Below, one piece after another: positions 50,531 to 60,434 of a stretch of 64,000 nt of DNA. The notes beneath the pieces are model-generated. The model saw only the letters and a program-made list of their open reading frames with translations. It searched no databases and was not told the DNA's origin. How positions within the stretch are numbered: position 1 is the stretch's first letter; the number at the start of each line of letters is the position of its first letter. The position numbers and the translations under genes were made by a program. This stretch comes from Chthoniobacteraceae bacterium (GTDB taxonomy: Bacteria > Verrucomicrobiota > Verrucomicrobiia > Chthoniobacterales > Chthoniobacteraceae), in assembly GCA_049840595.1 (NCBI GenBank), contig JASGKO010000023.1, positions 100,911 through 164,910 of the forward strand. The letters are read 5' to 3'.

Positions 50531-52033
50531 ATGAGCACCGATCAACCCGCCAGTGCCACCCCGGAGCCGAAACCCGATGTCGTGACCAAGCTGGAAAAGC
50601 CTTCCAGCGCAGCGACGTCGGCGACGACGCCCACCGCCAAGCCGGGAGCCAGTTGGAAAAAGCCGATCATCATCGTGGCGGTGATTGGGGCGCTGATCAT
50701 TGTGATCCCGAAGATCATCCATGCCCTGCAGACGGTGGAAACGGATGATGCGTATGTAAACAGCTATGTAACCTTTGTCGCTCCACGGGTGACCGGGCAG
50801 GTGCAAAAGGTGCTGGTGGAAGATAACAACCGGGTGCAAAATGGCGACGTGCTGGTGCAGCTCGATCCCGAACCGTACGAGGTGCAAGTGGCGATCAAGC
50901 AGGCGGCGGTGAATCTCGCGCAATCGAATCTGGTGGTGGCGGATGCCTCGGTACGCAGCCAGGTGGCACAGGCGCGCAGCAATCGCTTCAAGCTCATGCG
51001 CGCGATCGAGGATGTGGACAACCAGGTGGCGTTGATTCGGGCGCGGGCGGCGACGGTGGATCAGGCAAAGGCCACGCTCACCCTGGCCCAATCGGAATAT
51101 GACCGCTCGAAAAAACTCTACGCCGGCAAGGTCTCAAGCGCGGAGGAGCTGGACCAGAAGCGCGAGGCGCTGGATGTGGCCCAGGCCCAATCGACCCAGG
51201 CGCTGGAAAGCGTTTATCAAGCCCGGGTGGCGCTCGGGCTCCCGGCCCAGCCGCCGCAGGGCGGCAGCCTTACGGAGGTGCCGGCGGATATCGACCAGAC
51301 CTTTTCCTCGGTGCGGCAGGCGCTGGCGGACCTGATCCAGAGCGCCTCACAGCTCGGGGTGATCGGCTCCTCCTTCGATCTCACGCCGAAGCAGACGATT
51401 GAGGAGTTTTACAAGCGCGACCCCAGTGGCAACATCGACAAGATTTACGCCGCGATCATCAAGGATGCGCCGGAGGTAAAGAAGGCCCACGCCTCGCTGG
51501 AGCAGGCGGAGCGCGATCTCGACGATGCGAAGCTGAGCCTGCGCTATTGCACGATCCGCTCGGAGATCGACGGCGTAGTCACCCGGCGCAATGTGAACCC
51601 CGGCAATCACGTGCAGGCGGGGCAAAGCCTCATGGCCGTGCGCTCGTTGAAGGACATCTGGGTGGATGCGAATTTCAAGGAGACGCAACTGCGCGATCTG
51701 CGGATCGGCCAGCAGGTGAAGCTCACCACCGATCTGTATGGCGGGCATGAGGAATTCGAGGGGCGCATCTCCGGCTTCACGATGGGCACGGGCTCCACCC
51801 TCGCGTTGCTGCCCGCCCAGAATGCGACGGGGAACTTTGTGAAAGTGGTGCAGCGTCTCCCGGTGCGCATCGATCTGGTGAACTATGATCCCGACAAGGT
51901 GACGCTGTTCGTGGGCCTGTCGGTGACGCCCGAAGTGGATATCCGCACCGAACCGGAGGGGCCGAATGCGGGCAAGTTCCTGCAAGCGCCGATCATGCAG
52001 CCGGGCGAGTCCCCTGCCCCAGCCGGCAAATGA
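50531..52033 (+). CDS. emrA: HlyD/EmrA-family membrane fusion protein (multidrug efflux adaptor)
   Basis: N-terminal TM; coiled-coil and beta-barrel regions; conserved C-terminal GNFVKVVQRLPVRI. Confidence 0.85.
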   Translation: MSTDQPASATPEPKPDVVTKLEKPSSAATSATTPTAKPGASWKKPIIIVAVIGALIIVIPKIIHALQTVETDDAYVNSYVTFVAPRVTGQVQKVLVEDNNRVQNGDVLVQLDPEPYEVQVAIKQAAVNLAQSNLVVADASVRSQVAQARSNRFKLMRAIEDVDNQVALIRARAATVDQAKATLTLAQSEYDRSKKLYAGKVSSAEELDQKREALDVAQAQSTQALESVYQARVALGLPAQPPQGGSLTEVPADIDQTFSSVRQALADLIQSASQLGVIGSSFDLTPKQTIEEFYKRDPSGNIDKIYAAIIKDAPEVKKAHASLEQAERDLDDAKLSLRYCTIRSEIDGVVTRRNVNPGNHVQAGQSLMAVRSLKDIWVDANFKETQLRDLRIGQQVKLTTDLYGGHEEFEGRISGFTMGTGSTLALLPAQNATGNFVKVVQRLPVRIDLVNYDPDKVTLFVGLSVTPEVDIRTEPEGPNAGKFLQAPIMQPGESPAPAGK

Positions 52034-53634
52034 GCACCTCCGCGGCATCGACAGGCGGCGTGCGCGTGATCAATCCGTGGATCATTGCCATGGCCGTGGT
52101 GGTGCCCACCTTCATGGAGGTGCTCGATACCACGATCGCGAATGTGGCGTTGCGCTACATCGCGGGCGGTCTTTCCTCGGCGGTGACGGATAGCGAGTGG
52201 GTGGTGACGAGCTATCTGGCCGCCAATGCGATTATCCTCCCGATCTCGGGCTGGCTGGCCGCGCACCTTGGCCGGCGGCGCTACTTCCTGCTCTCGATCG
52301 CCATTTTCACCCTCGCCTCGGTGATGTGCGGGATGGCGACCAGCTTGAACCAGCTCATCTTTGCCCGCGTCCTGCAGGGGCTGGCCGGGGGCGGGCTGCA
52401 ACCTTCCAGCCAGGGCATTTTGCTCGATACCTTCCCACAGGAAAAGCAGGGCGCGGCGCAGACGCTCTTTGGCGTGGCGGCGCTGATTGCGCCGATCATC
52501 GGCCCCACGCTGGGCGGATGGATCACGGATCAATATTCGTGGCGTTGGATTTTCTTCATCAACCTGCCGGTGGGGGCGCTCGCCTATTTCCTGTGCTCGG
52601 TCACGGTGCGCGATCCCGATTATTTGCGGGAGCAGATCGAATCCGCGCGCGGCAAGCCGCTGAACTTCGATACGATCGGGCTGAGTCTGCTCTCGCTGAC
52701 GCTGATCTGCTGGGAGATCGTGCTCAGCAAGGGACAGGAGTGGGACTGGTTCGACGATGCCTATGGCCGGGTGCAGACGCTGGCGACGCTCTTTGTGGTG
52801 GGGCTCGGGTCGCTGATCCTCTGGGAGCGGCGGCAGAAGAATCCGCTGGTGAATTTCCGCCCGCTCGGAGAGCGAAACTTTGCCAGCGCCTGCCTGGTGA
52901 TCTTCTGTGCGTTTGGCGTGCTCTACGGCTCCAGCACCCTGCTGCCGGGCATGCTTGAGGCGCTCTTTGGCTACGATGCCTACCACGCGGGGCTGGTGCT
53001 CTCGCCAGCCGGGGCCTTCACGATTGTGGCAATCATCATCGTGGGCATTCTCATCGGTCGCGGCGTGGATGCGCGCTGGCTGATCGCCACGGGATTGCTC
53101 ATCGTCGCGGCGGGTAATTACTGGATGTCGCAGATGAATCTCAATATCGCGCCCGCGCAGGTGATCTGGCCGCGCATCGTGATGGTGGGCGGGCTGGGGC
53201 TCGTCTTCGCCCCGCTGAATGTGGCGGCCTATCTTTATACGCCGCGGGAACTGCGCGGGGCGGCGGTCGGGCTCTTTGCCCTGCTGCGCAATGAAGGCGG
53301 CAGCGTGGGGACTTCGCTGGGGCAGACGCTCACGGAGCGCCGCGAGCAGTTTCACGTGCTGCGCTTGAACGAAACCCTCGATCCCTTGAACCCCTCGGTG
53401 AATTCGTTCATCGATCAAGTGCAGCCCTCCTACCAACAAGCCATGGGGGACCCGGTGGCCGCGCAGCAAATGGCGATTCAAGCCCTGCAAAATATCCGGG
53501 ACGTGCAAGCCTCGGCGCTGTCCTATTTCGACTGCTTCCTCATTTTCTCAGTGCTCTCCACGGGGCTGGCCTTTCTCGTCCTGATAATGAAACGCTCGGT
53601 CGCGGCCAAGGGGGCCCATGTGGCGGCAGAGTGA
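52030..53634 (+). CDS. emrB: MFS DHA2-family (EmrB/QacA, 14-TMS) drug efflux transporter
   Basis: ATGA overlap with emrA. Motifs LDTTIANVALRYIAGGL and GPTLGGWITDQYSWRWIFFINLPVG. Confidence 0.9.
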   Translation: MSTSAASTGGVRVINPWIIAMAVVVPTFMEVLDTTIANVALRYIAGGLSSAVTDSEWVVTSYLAANAIILPISGWLAAHLGRRRYFLLSIAIFTLASVMCGMATSLNQLIFARVLQGLAGGGLQPSSQGILLDTFPQEKQGAAQTLFGVAALIAPIIGPTLGGWITDQYSWRWIFFINLPVGALAYFLCSVTVRDPDYLREQIESARGKPLNFDTIGLSLLSLTLICWEIVLSKGQEWDWFDDAYGRVQTLATLFVVGLGSLILWERRQKNPLVNFRPLGERNFASACLVIFCAFGVLYGSSTLLPGMLEALFGYDAYHAGLVLSPAGAFTIVAIIIVGILIGRGVDARWLIATGLLIVAAGNYWMSQMNLNIAPAQVIWPRIVMVGGLGLVFAPLNVAAYLYTPRELRGAAVGLFALLRNEGGSVGTSLGQTLTERREQFHVLRLNETLDPLNPSVNSFIDQVQPSYQQAMGDPVAAQQMAIQALQNIRDVQASALSYFDCFLIFSVLSTGLAFLVLIMKRSVAAKGAHVAAE

Positions 53635-53732
53635 TAAATTCCTGACTTTTCAGAAGCGTAACTGAAATTTCCGCCCTTTTGCCGTTGACGGCGGCGACGG
53701 CGCACGGGATAGCAAATCCTGCATTTCCTGCC

Positions 53733-53909
53733 ATGAAAGCTGTATTCCTCCTTCTCCTGATCATGACGACCCTCTTCTGCGCCGGCTGCGCGGCGACTGA
53801 CGAGGACAAGCATTTCTATGGCCGGGGCTGGTGGCAACCCGACACGCTGGACCACGACGACGACCCGCCGACGCACGGCAACGAGACGGTGGATCCGATG
53901 TATCAGTAG
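53733..53909 (+). CDS. Small putative lipoprotein
   Basis: MKAVFLLLLIMTTLFCAGC lipobox-like signal; acidic tail. Confidence 0.35.
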   Translation: MKAVFLLLLIMTTLFCAGCAATDEDKHFYGRGWWQPDTLDHDDDPPTHGNETVDPMYQ

Positions 53910-53935
53910 GTGCTGTCGCGGCGGCTCTTCAATTA

Positions 53936-54745
53936 CTACGCAAGCGGCTCTTCAATGATGGGGTTGGCTAGCGTTCCGATTCCGTCAATTTCACTCACCA
54001 ATTGATCGCCCGGTGCGAGCCAGCGCTGGGGATCGCGCGCCATGCCCACCCCCTCGGGAGTTCCGGTGAGGATGACGGTCCCGGGGAAGAGCGTCGTGCT
54101 GCCGCTGAGAAAGCTGATGAGTTGCGCCACGGGAAAGATCATGTGCGCGGTGGTCGATTCCTGCATCACCTCGCCGTTGAGCATCGTGCGCAAGGACAGT
54201 GCCTGCGGATCGGGAATTTCATCCGCCGTGACGAGGCACGGCCCGAGCGGGCAAAAGGTATCGAAGGTTTTCCCGCGACAGAATTGTCCCCCGCCCCATT
54301 GACGCTGCCAGTCGCGCGCGGAGATGTCGTTCGCCACGGTGTAGCCGAGCACATAATCCAGCGCGTGCGCGCGCGAGACATTCTTGCAGGTCTTCCTGAT
54401 CACCACGGCCAGCTCCACTTCGTAATCGACCTGATTGCTCCGCAAGTGCCGGGGCAATTCCACCGGGTCGCCCGGATTCTGCACGGCCCCGGGCGATTTC
54501 ATAAACAGCACGGGGTGCTCGGGAACCCGCGAATTGGTCTCGCCAATGTGGCTGCGATAATTGAGGCCGATGGCCAGAATCATCGGCGGGGCAATCGGGG
54601 CGAGTAACTTTGCGACTTCCGCCTTTTCCGTCGTCGTGTGAAAATCGCCGAACAAATCGCCCTCGATCCGCAAGGCGGACCCATCGGGCTGAAGCGCGGC
54701 ATGGGCAGGGTTTCCGGCGGCATCGAGGTGGCGGATGATTTTCAT
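53936..54745 (-). CDS. Fumarylacetoacetate hydrolase (FAH) family protein
   Basis: FAH-fold motifs GDPVELP and VDYEVELAVVI; metal-binding acidic residues. Confidence 0.75.
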   Translation of the reverse strand: MKIIRHLDAAGNPAHAALQPDGSALRIEGDLFGDFHTTTEKAEVAKLLAPIAPPMILAIGLNYRSHIGETNSRVPEHPVLFMKSPGAVQNPGDPVELPRHLRSNQVDYEVELAVVIRKTCKNVSRAHALDYVLGYTVANDISARDWQRQWGGGQFCRGKTFDTFCPLGPCLVTADEIPDPQALSLRTMLNGEVMQESTTAHMIFPVAQLISFLSGSTTLFPGTVILTGTPEGVGMARDPQRWLAPGDQLVSEIDGIGTLANPIIEEPLA

Positions 54746-54823
54746 GCCGCAGTGTAGCACAACCGAAAAGGCCACCCGCAAAGGTTGTCTTGCGGCAAGG
54801 GTTGTGCTTGGCTGCACAGTTCA

Positions 54824-55795
54824 ATGCCCACTTGGAAATCCTATCGCTACCGCCTCGAATATGCCGCCTGCTCCTTTTTGGCCTGGGGCATTCCGAAGCT
54901 GTCGCGCGGGCTGTGCGCGAAACTGGCGCGCGGGCTGGGGACGCTGATTTTCTGGTTCGATGCCAGAGGGCGCGCCGTGGCACTGGCGAACCTGCACGCT
55001 GCGCTGGGCGAGCGAGCGGATGCGCGGGCCATCGTCCGCGAGAGTTACCGGCAGTTCGTGCGCACAATGTTCGACCTTTTCTGGTCACCGGCGCTGACGA
55101 AGGAAAATGTCGCGCAATATATTCACCACGAGAACCTGGAAGTGCTGGCGGGCCTGCAGACGCAAAAGCGGGGCGTCATCGTCATGTGCGTGCATAATGG
55201 CGGTTTCGAATGGGCGAGCCTCGGGGCCGGATTCTATGGCGTGAACGGGATGATTGTGACCGAGGATTTCAAGAACCCCGCGCTGGCCGAAATTTTCAAG
55301 GGGCTGCGCGAGGTGTCGGGGCACCAGATCATCGGGCAGGACGGATCGATTTTGCGCTTGTTAAAACAAGTGAAACGCGGGGGCAGTTCCGGCGTATTGA
55401 TCGACCTGAACCTGCGCCCCGACCAGCCCGCAGTGGTGATCGATGCGATGGGGATGAAAATGTGCGTGACCTTCCTCCACGCCGTGCTGGCCGACCGCGG
55501 GAATGCCGCGCTGCTCCCGCTGGAGAGCGAGTTGCGACCCGACGGAACCTGCCGGGTGCGCTTTCATCCCCCGCTGGAGCCCGCCCCGGGAGCCACCCCG
55601 CAGCAGATCGCGCAGATGTGCTGGGACTTCTACGAGCCGACGATCCGGGCCCATCCCGAGCGCTGGCTCTGGGCTTACAAGCACTGGCGCTACAAGCCAA
55701 AGAGGACGACGCGCGAATACCCTTTCTATGCGAATGAATCCTCCAAGTTCGAGAAGCTGCTAAAGCAGATGCAGGCTGGATCGACCGGGGCTTAG
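54824..55795 (+). CDS. lpxL: LpxL/HtrB-family lipid A secondary acyltransferase
   Basis: HX4E-type motif CVHNGGFEW; C-terminal RWLWAYKHWRYKP. Confidence 0.8.
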   Translation: MPTWKSYRYRLEYAACSFLAWGIPKLSRGLCAKLARGLGTLIFWFDARGRAVALANLHAALGERADARAIVRESYRQFVRTMFDLFWSPALTKENVAQYIHHENLEVLAGLQTQKRGVIVMCVHNGGFEWASLGAGFYGVNGMIVTEDFKNPALAEIFKGLREVSGHQIIGQDGSILRLLKQVKRGGSSGVLIDLNLRPDQPAVVIDAMGMKMCVTFLHAVLADRGNAALLPLESELRPDGTCRVRFHPPLEPAPGATPQQIAQMCWDFYEPTIRAHPERWLWAYKHWRYKPKRTTREYPFYANESSKFEKLLKQMQAGSTGA

Positions 55796-55828
55796 CATGC
55801 TGTAGCGAAGAGTTCGCTTGAACCCCGC

Positions 55829-56461
55829 TTACTTATTTTTGTTCAGCAGCGTGCGCACTTGGTCAACGGTCATCACATCGAACTTGCCCTGCCACCCCAC
55901 GTCCTGGTTCTGATCGATCGCAGTGTGCATCTTCTTGCTTTCGGGGCCCAGATATTCCCGATGCGCCTGGTCGAGCTCGCTGGTGGCGTAAACCTTGTGG
56001 CTGTCCGAGCTTTCTTTGACATCCGCCTTCTTGACCGCATACTTGGTATCTACATTCGGGATGACCTTTTCCGTGGTTTCATTGGCGGACTTGGTGGCAA
56101 AGACACGGTTGCCAAGATCGGCCTGCTTGGTTCCCGCGAAATCGGAGGTAGTAAAGGTCTTGTCGAAAGAGTGCTGGGAAAACTGGAAGCCCTTGGTCTC
56201 GAATTTTTTTCCAATCTCCGAGGACTTCTCCCCTTCGAACTTCTTGTGCATGTCGTTTTCCAGACCGTGGTCGGGATGCCAGTTTAGAATCTGGTCCATG
56301 CGCGACTCCTGCTGTTGCGCGCGGGCAAACAGGCTAAGGGAGAGCAGGAGGATGGCGGCAAGAAAACGCACAGGCCGGATGCTCGCACACAATCGGGCCA
56401 GTGTAAAGGAACGGGTTCGGAGAGGAGCCGGGCAGGAAAGTTGGCGATTTGCCTTGTTCAT
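55829..56461 (-). CDS. Hypothetical secreted Lys-rich protein
   Basis: Signal peptide-like FLAAILLLSLSLFARA; no known motifs. Confidence 0.4.
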   Translation of the reverse strand: MNKANRQLSCPAPLRTRSFTLARLCASIRPVRFLAAILLLSLSLFARAQQQESRMDQILNWHPDHGLENDMHKKFEGEKSSEIGKKFETKGFQFSQHSFDKTFTTSDFAGTKQADLGNRVFATKSANETTEKVIPNVDTKYAVKKADVKESSDSHKVYATSELDQAHREYLGPESKKMHTAIDQNQDVGWQGKFDVMTVDQVRTLLNKNK

Positions 56462-56491
56462 GGACAGAATGTCATCGAAATAGCGCGCACC

Positions 56492-57907
56492 ATGACCTGG
56501 CCCCGCGCTTTACTCATTCTTACCGTCTTCTGGGCCTTGATCTTCCTGCCCGCGCTGGGGACGACCGAATACAAGGGCGAAGAACCACGCCGGGTGCTGC
56601 CGGCGGTTTCGATGCTGCAAACGGGCAACCTTGTGGTGCCGATGCTCTGCGGCGAGCCTTTTCTCCGAAAACCGCCGCTGGTGAATTGGTTGATCGCGGC
56701 GTCTTTCCACCTCACCGGCAAGCAGAATGAATGGGCGGCCCGCCTGCCCTCGGTATTGGCCGTGTGGCTGCTGGGCGCGGGAATTTTTCTCTTTTGCCGC
56801 CGCTGGCTGGGCGTGGAAACGGCACTGGTCGCGGCAATGATCGCGATCACCCATGTGGGGATGGTGGACAAGGGACGCATGGCTGAGATCGAGGCCGAAT
56901 ACATCGCACTCTCCGGCCTGGCCACGGTGGGTTGGCTGGCGCTACATCGGCGGAAGGCATCCCCCTGGCAGCAATGGCTGGTGGCCGGAACGTTGCTGGG
57001 TATCAGCTTTCTGGCGAAAGGGCCGGTCAATTTGATCTTCTTTTACCCCGTGGTGCTCGGGGTGCTGATCGCGGAACGGGAGTGGCGCACGCTCTTCTCC
57101 CCCGCCCATCTCGCGGGGCTCGTGGTGATGTTCGGCATCTTCGCCCTGTGGGCCGTGCCCTACTGGCATCAGGCCCCGGCCAACGCCGCCCAGGTGATGG
57201 CGCACCAGACGGCGGGCCGGTTCAGCAGCAACTTCAATTTCTCCAACTGGGTGCTGGCGATCCCGCGCGGCTTGAGCAACTTCCTGCCCTGGGTGCTGCT
57301 GGCCCCCCTGTGCTGGCGGCGGACGGTCCTGGAACGCGAAGGCACATGGTATGTGGCGACACGAAACACGAGCGTCGCCCTCTTTCTCATCATCCTCCTA
57401 CTCCCCGGCATGCTCCCGCGCTATTCCCAGCCGCTCCTGATTCCGATGAGCCTGTTGATTGCCATCGCCTTGCAGGATGCCCCGCAGGTTCTACTGGAGC
57501 GCTGGAAGAAATTCCTGCCCTGGGCCCGCCAGGCCACGCCAGTCTCGCTCGTGCTGGCGAGTTCGGCCCTCATTTGCGTGGGAATCCTGGTCTATGCCAT
57601 CGCGGCCCTCACCGTGGTGAGCAGCCATGACAATCTGCGTCCCTTGGGGCGGAGCATCAACAAAGCCGCGGAGGCCACGAAGCCGCTCTACCTGCTCGAC
57701 TGCGGCTACCAGCCCTTCTTCGCCTATGTGACCCAGCGGTGCATCTATCTCCAGCAACGGGAGGACCTCCCGCCCGGTGCCGCCCAGATTTTGCTCAGCA
57801 ATCGCGAGTGGAAAAGGCTCCACAAAGCCGATGCCAGCTACGAGGTGAAAAAGACGATCCCCATCGACAAGAAAGATCAGCTCTTTTTGGTCACCCGGAA
57901 AGCGTGA
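56492..57907 (+). CDS. ArnT/PMT-like glycosyltransferase (GT39/GT83), a candidate lipid A or glycan modifier
   Basis: About 11 TM segments; N-terminal loop and periplasmic C-terminal domain typical of ArnT-like GTs. Confidence 0.75.
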   Translation: MTWPRALLILTVFWALIFLPALGTTEYKGEEPRRVLPAVSMLQTGNLVVPMLCGEPFLRKPPLVNWLIAASFHLTGKQNEWAARLPSVLAVWLLGAGIFLFCRRWLGVETALVAAMIAITHVGMVDKGRMAEIEAEYIALSGLATVGWLALHRRKASPWQQWLVAGTLLGISFLAKGPVNLIFFYPVVLGVLIAEREWRTLFSPAHLAGLVVMFGIFALWAVPYWHQAPANAAQVMAHQTAGRFSSNFNFSNWVLAIPRGLSNFLPWVLLAPLCWRRTVLEREGTWYVATRNTSVALFLIILLLPGMLPRYSQPLLIPMSLLIAIALQDAPQVLLERWKKFLPWARQATPVSLVLASSALICVGILVYAIAALTVVSSHDNLRPLGRSINKAAEATKPLYLLDCGYQPFFAYVTQRCIYLQQREDLPPGAAQILLSNREWKRLHKADASYEVKKTIPIDKKDQLFLVTRKA

Positions 57908-57953
57908 TGGAATCGATTCTTTCACGTGGAAAAATTCCCGCCATACTGGCGGC

Positions 57954-58980
57954 GTGAAGTTTTCCCCGCTCCGCCCTGTCTTTCTCGCTGCCTGCTTTTT
58001 GCTGGCCGGAAAAGGATACGCGGATGACTACCTGCTCGGAGCCGATCTTTCGAGCACGCCCCAGAGCGAAGCACGCGGGGTGAAATTCTCCGCCAACAGG
58101 ACGTCGAACGATCTCCTCCACCTGCTGCACGAGCACGGGTTCAATTGGGTGCGGCTGCGTATCTTCCATGATCCAAAGGCTGCAGGCGGCTATTCGCCAG
58201 AGGGCTACTGCGACCTCGGGCATACGCTGGCGATGGCCCGCCGAATCCGATCGGCAGGCATGAAGCTCCTGCTCGATTTCCATTACAGCGACACGTGGGC
58301 CGATCCGGCCCACCAGACCAAGCCGGCCGCTTGGAAGGACAAGCACGGCCGGGAATTGGAAACCGCCGTCCACGACTACACCGCACACGTCCTTACGGCC
58401 CTGAAAAAACAGGGCACCCCACCCCGACCTGGTGCAAACCGGCAACGAGATCGGCCATGGCTTGCTCTGGCCCGACGGCCAGCCCTGGAAGGGCGGAAGC
58501 TGGGATGCCTTCACCGGTTTGTTGAAGGCCGCAATCCGCGCCGTTCGTGAAACGACGCCCCAGGCCAGGGTGATGCTCCACGTGGAAACCGGCGGGCGTA
58601 ACCGGGAAACACGCGAGTTCTTCGACCACCTCCGGGAACATCACGTCGCTTTCGACGTGATCGGCCTGTCATACTACCCGCGCTGGGATGGTCCGTTGGA
58701 AAACCTGCGGCAAAACCTCGCCGATCTCGCCACCCGCTACCCGCAGCCCATCGTGGTCGTGGAATACAGCGCGCCGCAACTGCGCGAGATCAACGATGCC
58801 GTCCACTCCCTCCCCCATGGAAAGGGCCTCGGCAGTTTCATCTGGGAACCCGCGCACTGGGGCGGCCCCGCCCTTTTCCAGAAAGACGGCCGGGCCAGGC
58901 CCGCGCTGGAGCTTTATCCGCAAATGGCGAAGGACTACGGACGGCGCAGAGGTCGTTCGCTGCAGCGCATAGATAGTTAG
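57954..58980 (+). CDS. Glycoside hydrolase family 53 (endo-beta-1,4-galactanase), frameshifted at the C/A homopolymer region about 58404-58425. Its 3' end runs into the attC-like repeat.
   Basis: Signal peptide. GH53 motifs FNWVRLRIF and DLVQTGNEIG (second ORF, 58432-58980). Confidence 0.7.
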
Positions 58981-58988
58981 GCCACAGG

Positions 58989-59312
58989 CTATCCACCGCG
59001 CTCATCATACCACCCCTGCGGGTCATCAAGATCAATATCCTCTCCTTCTTGCATGTCGCCCAGGTGCCAGCCCTCTCGCTTGCAGAGTGCCGCCAGTTCT
59101 TTGATGTGGTTGAAGCCGCCGTGCGTGTAAATGTCCTGAACTGTCTCGTCCTCTGTGGTCAGCTCCAGACGGAATCCGCCTTCAACGGGCAACGCCGCCT
59201 CAGTGAGTGACTCCCACTCAAGTCCGCGAAATGCACCATCGAACTTGCGTGTGACATCAGCGATCTCGCCAAGCCCCTCTCCGTCATTGTGGACAAGAAG
59301 ATTCCAAGACAT
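58989..59312 (-). CDS. Small acidic hypothetical protein, integron cassette-like ORF
   Basis: 107-aa ORF. On its coding strand it is bounded by GTTAGGC 13 nt upstream of the ATG and GCCTAAC 6 nt after the stop. Confidence 0.4.
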   Translation of the reverse strand: MSWNLLVHNDGEGLGEIADVTRKFDGAFRGLEWESLTEAALPVEGGFRLELTTEDETVQDIYTHGGFNHIKELAALCKREGWHLGDMQEGEDIDLDDPQGWYDERGG

Positions 59313-59321
59313 AACGTGTGA

Positions 59322-59388
59322 TGTAGCCTAACAACCCAAGCTCGGCGACAGGCGCAAGCCTGTTCGCTGCAGCGTCTAGGCGTTGCAG
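59322..59388 (-). repeat. attC-like imperfect palindrome. Cassette-strand sequence: cctgcaac GCCTAGAC gctgcagcgaacagg cttgcg cctgtcgccgagcttggg tt GTTAGGC.
   Basis: Canonical core GTTAGGC (plus strand shows GCCTAAC at 59326-59332). Imperfect inverted repeats with unpaired bases. The internal box gttcgctgcagcg recurs at 58949-58961 beside a plus-strand GTTAGGC (58976-58982). Confidence 0.45.
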
Positions 59389-59825
59389 GGATCGGATTTT
59401 GGTGGTTCATGGACTGCGAGGAAGAGTGTCGGGGCACCGGGAACGCGAAAGATGCCAATTGCACGAAGACAGCGGACTGCCAACGCCGAAAATACCTGCG
59501 CGTCGCTGTCAGATGCAGCGATGCCGGGGCTGGTGAAGACGCGAAAACCCGTGAGGTTCTGGAGTGACTGGAGACTCTTCGAAGCCTCACGCGCGCGAAG
59601 CGGAAAATCCTCATTGGCCCACGCCCACAGCCAGGAGTGGCGCTCAGGGCTGTGCGTGCCGATGGGTGTGATCGGGAAGGAATGATCTCCGATCCGCAAC
59701 GTGCAATCGGCAAGATCGTAGTGCCACTGGTCGCTACCGAGAATTCGCTGCTGGAATCGCGGTTGGAGGTGTGCAAGTTCGTCACGGCAGGCAGCAACGA
59801 ACGCGGAAAACTGCTCGTCCGACAT
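59376..59825 (-). CDS. Hypothetical protein, first integron cassette-like ORF
   Basis: 149-aa ORF from ATG 59825 (the ORF track extends antisense into the integrase fragment). Its stop codon lies inside the attC-like element. Confidence 0.4.
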   Translation of the reverse strand: MSDEQFSAFVAACRDELAHLQPRFQQRILGSDQWHYDLADCTLRIGDHSFPITPIGTHSPERHSWLWAWANEDFPLRAREASKSLQSLQNLTGFRVFTSPGIAASDSDAQVFSALAVRCLRAIGIFRVPGAPTLFLAVHEPPKSDPCNA

Positions 59826-59924
59826 GGAGCTTGATGTCGGCGACGTGCTGCAAACAGGACAATTGGAAGCGTCGTGCATCAGATACGGGTAGCAGCGCCT
59901 TGCGAGAAGTAGCTCCCAAAAATA

Positions 59925-60020
59925 GGGTCTAATCCAGCGGTGTTTTGGGGTATAATCTGGCGTCGTTTTTCGATCCTCAGAGAACTCTTCATTTTCTTCG
60001 GGTATAATCCGCTTGTTTTG
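59925..60020 (+). promoter_or_regulatory. attI-like / promoter region: three imperfect ~22-bp direct repeats (gggtctaatccagcggtgtttt, ggggtataatctggcgtcgttttt, cgggtataatccgcttgttttg), two of them carrying TATAAT
   Basis: Repeats found by eye at 59925-59946, 59947-59970 and 59999-60020. Located between the integrase fragment and the first cassette-like ORF. Confidence 0.35.
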
Positions 60021-60053
60021 AGCCTGACCTGCCGGAGATGGTCGCACCCTTGA

Positions 60054-60330
60054 TTTCGGGCAATCTGTCAAACTCTCCTCCGGGCAGCAAGCCAAAAACT
60101 GCTCGATCAGGTGCGGGGTGTCTTCCGCCTCAAGCACTATTCGCTGCGAACGGAAAAGACGGATGTCGATTGGATTAAACGCCTCATCGTTTTTCACAAT
60201 AAGCGGCATCCCCGCGAAATGACCGAGGCGGAGGTGAGCACCTTTCTCACGCCTCTGGCGGTGGAGGGCCATCTTTCCGTCTCCACGCATAATCAGGCGT
60301 TGAGTGCGATTCTTTCGCCTCGTTCCCACA
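60054..60330 (+). pseudogene. intI: Remnant of an integron-integrase-like tyrosine recombinase (N-terminal ~90 residues only)
   Basis: ...SQKLLDQVRGVFRLKHYSLRTEKTDVDWIKRLIVFHNKRHPREMTEAEVSTFLTPLAVEGHLSVSTHNQALSAILS aligns residue-by-residue with the IntI N-terminus ([23 protein letters not shown].W...FIRFH...VSVSTHRQALAALL). Homology stops at about 60325 where two hairpins begin. No catalytic domain. Confidence 0.7.
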
Positions 60331-60434
60331 CTCTGTGTGGGAACGCATCTGTCCGGGACACTCCGTGTCCCTGGCAATTCCTGGCGTCCAGGCGGTTAAA
60401 TATTTTGGCGATCAGCCCGACCGGCACGAGGCCG

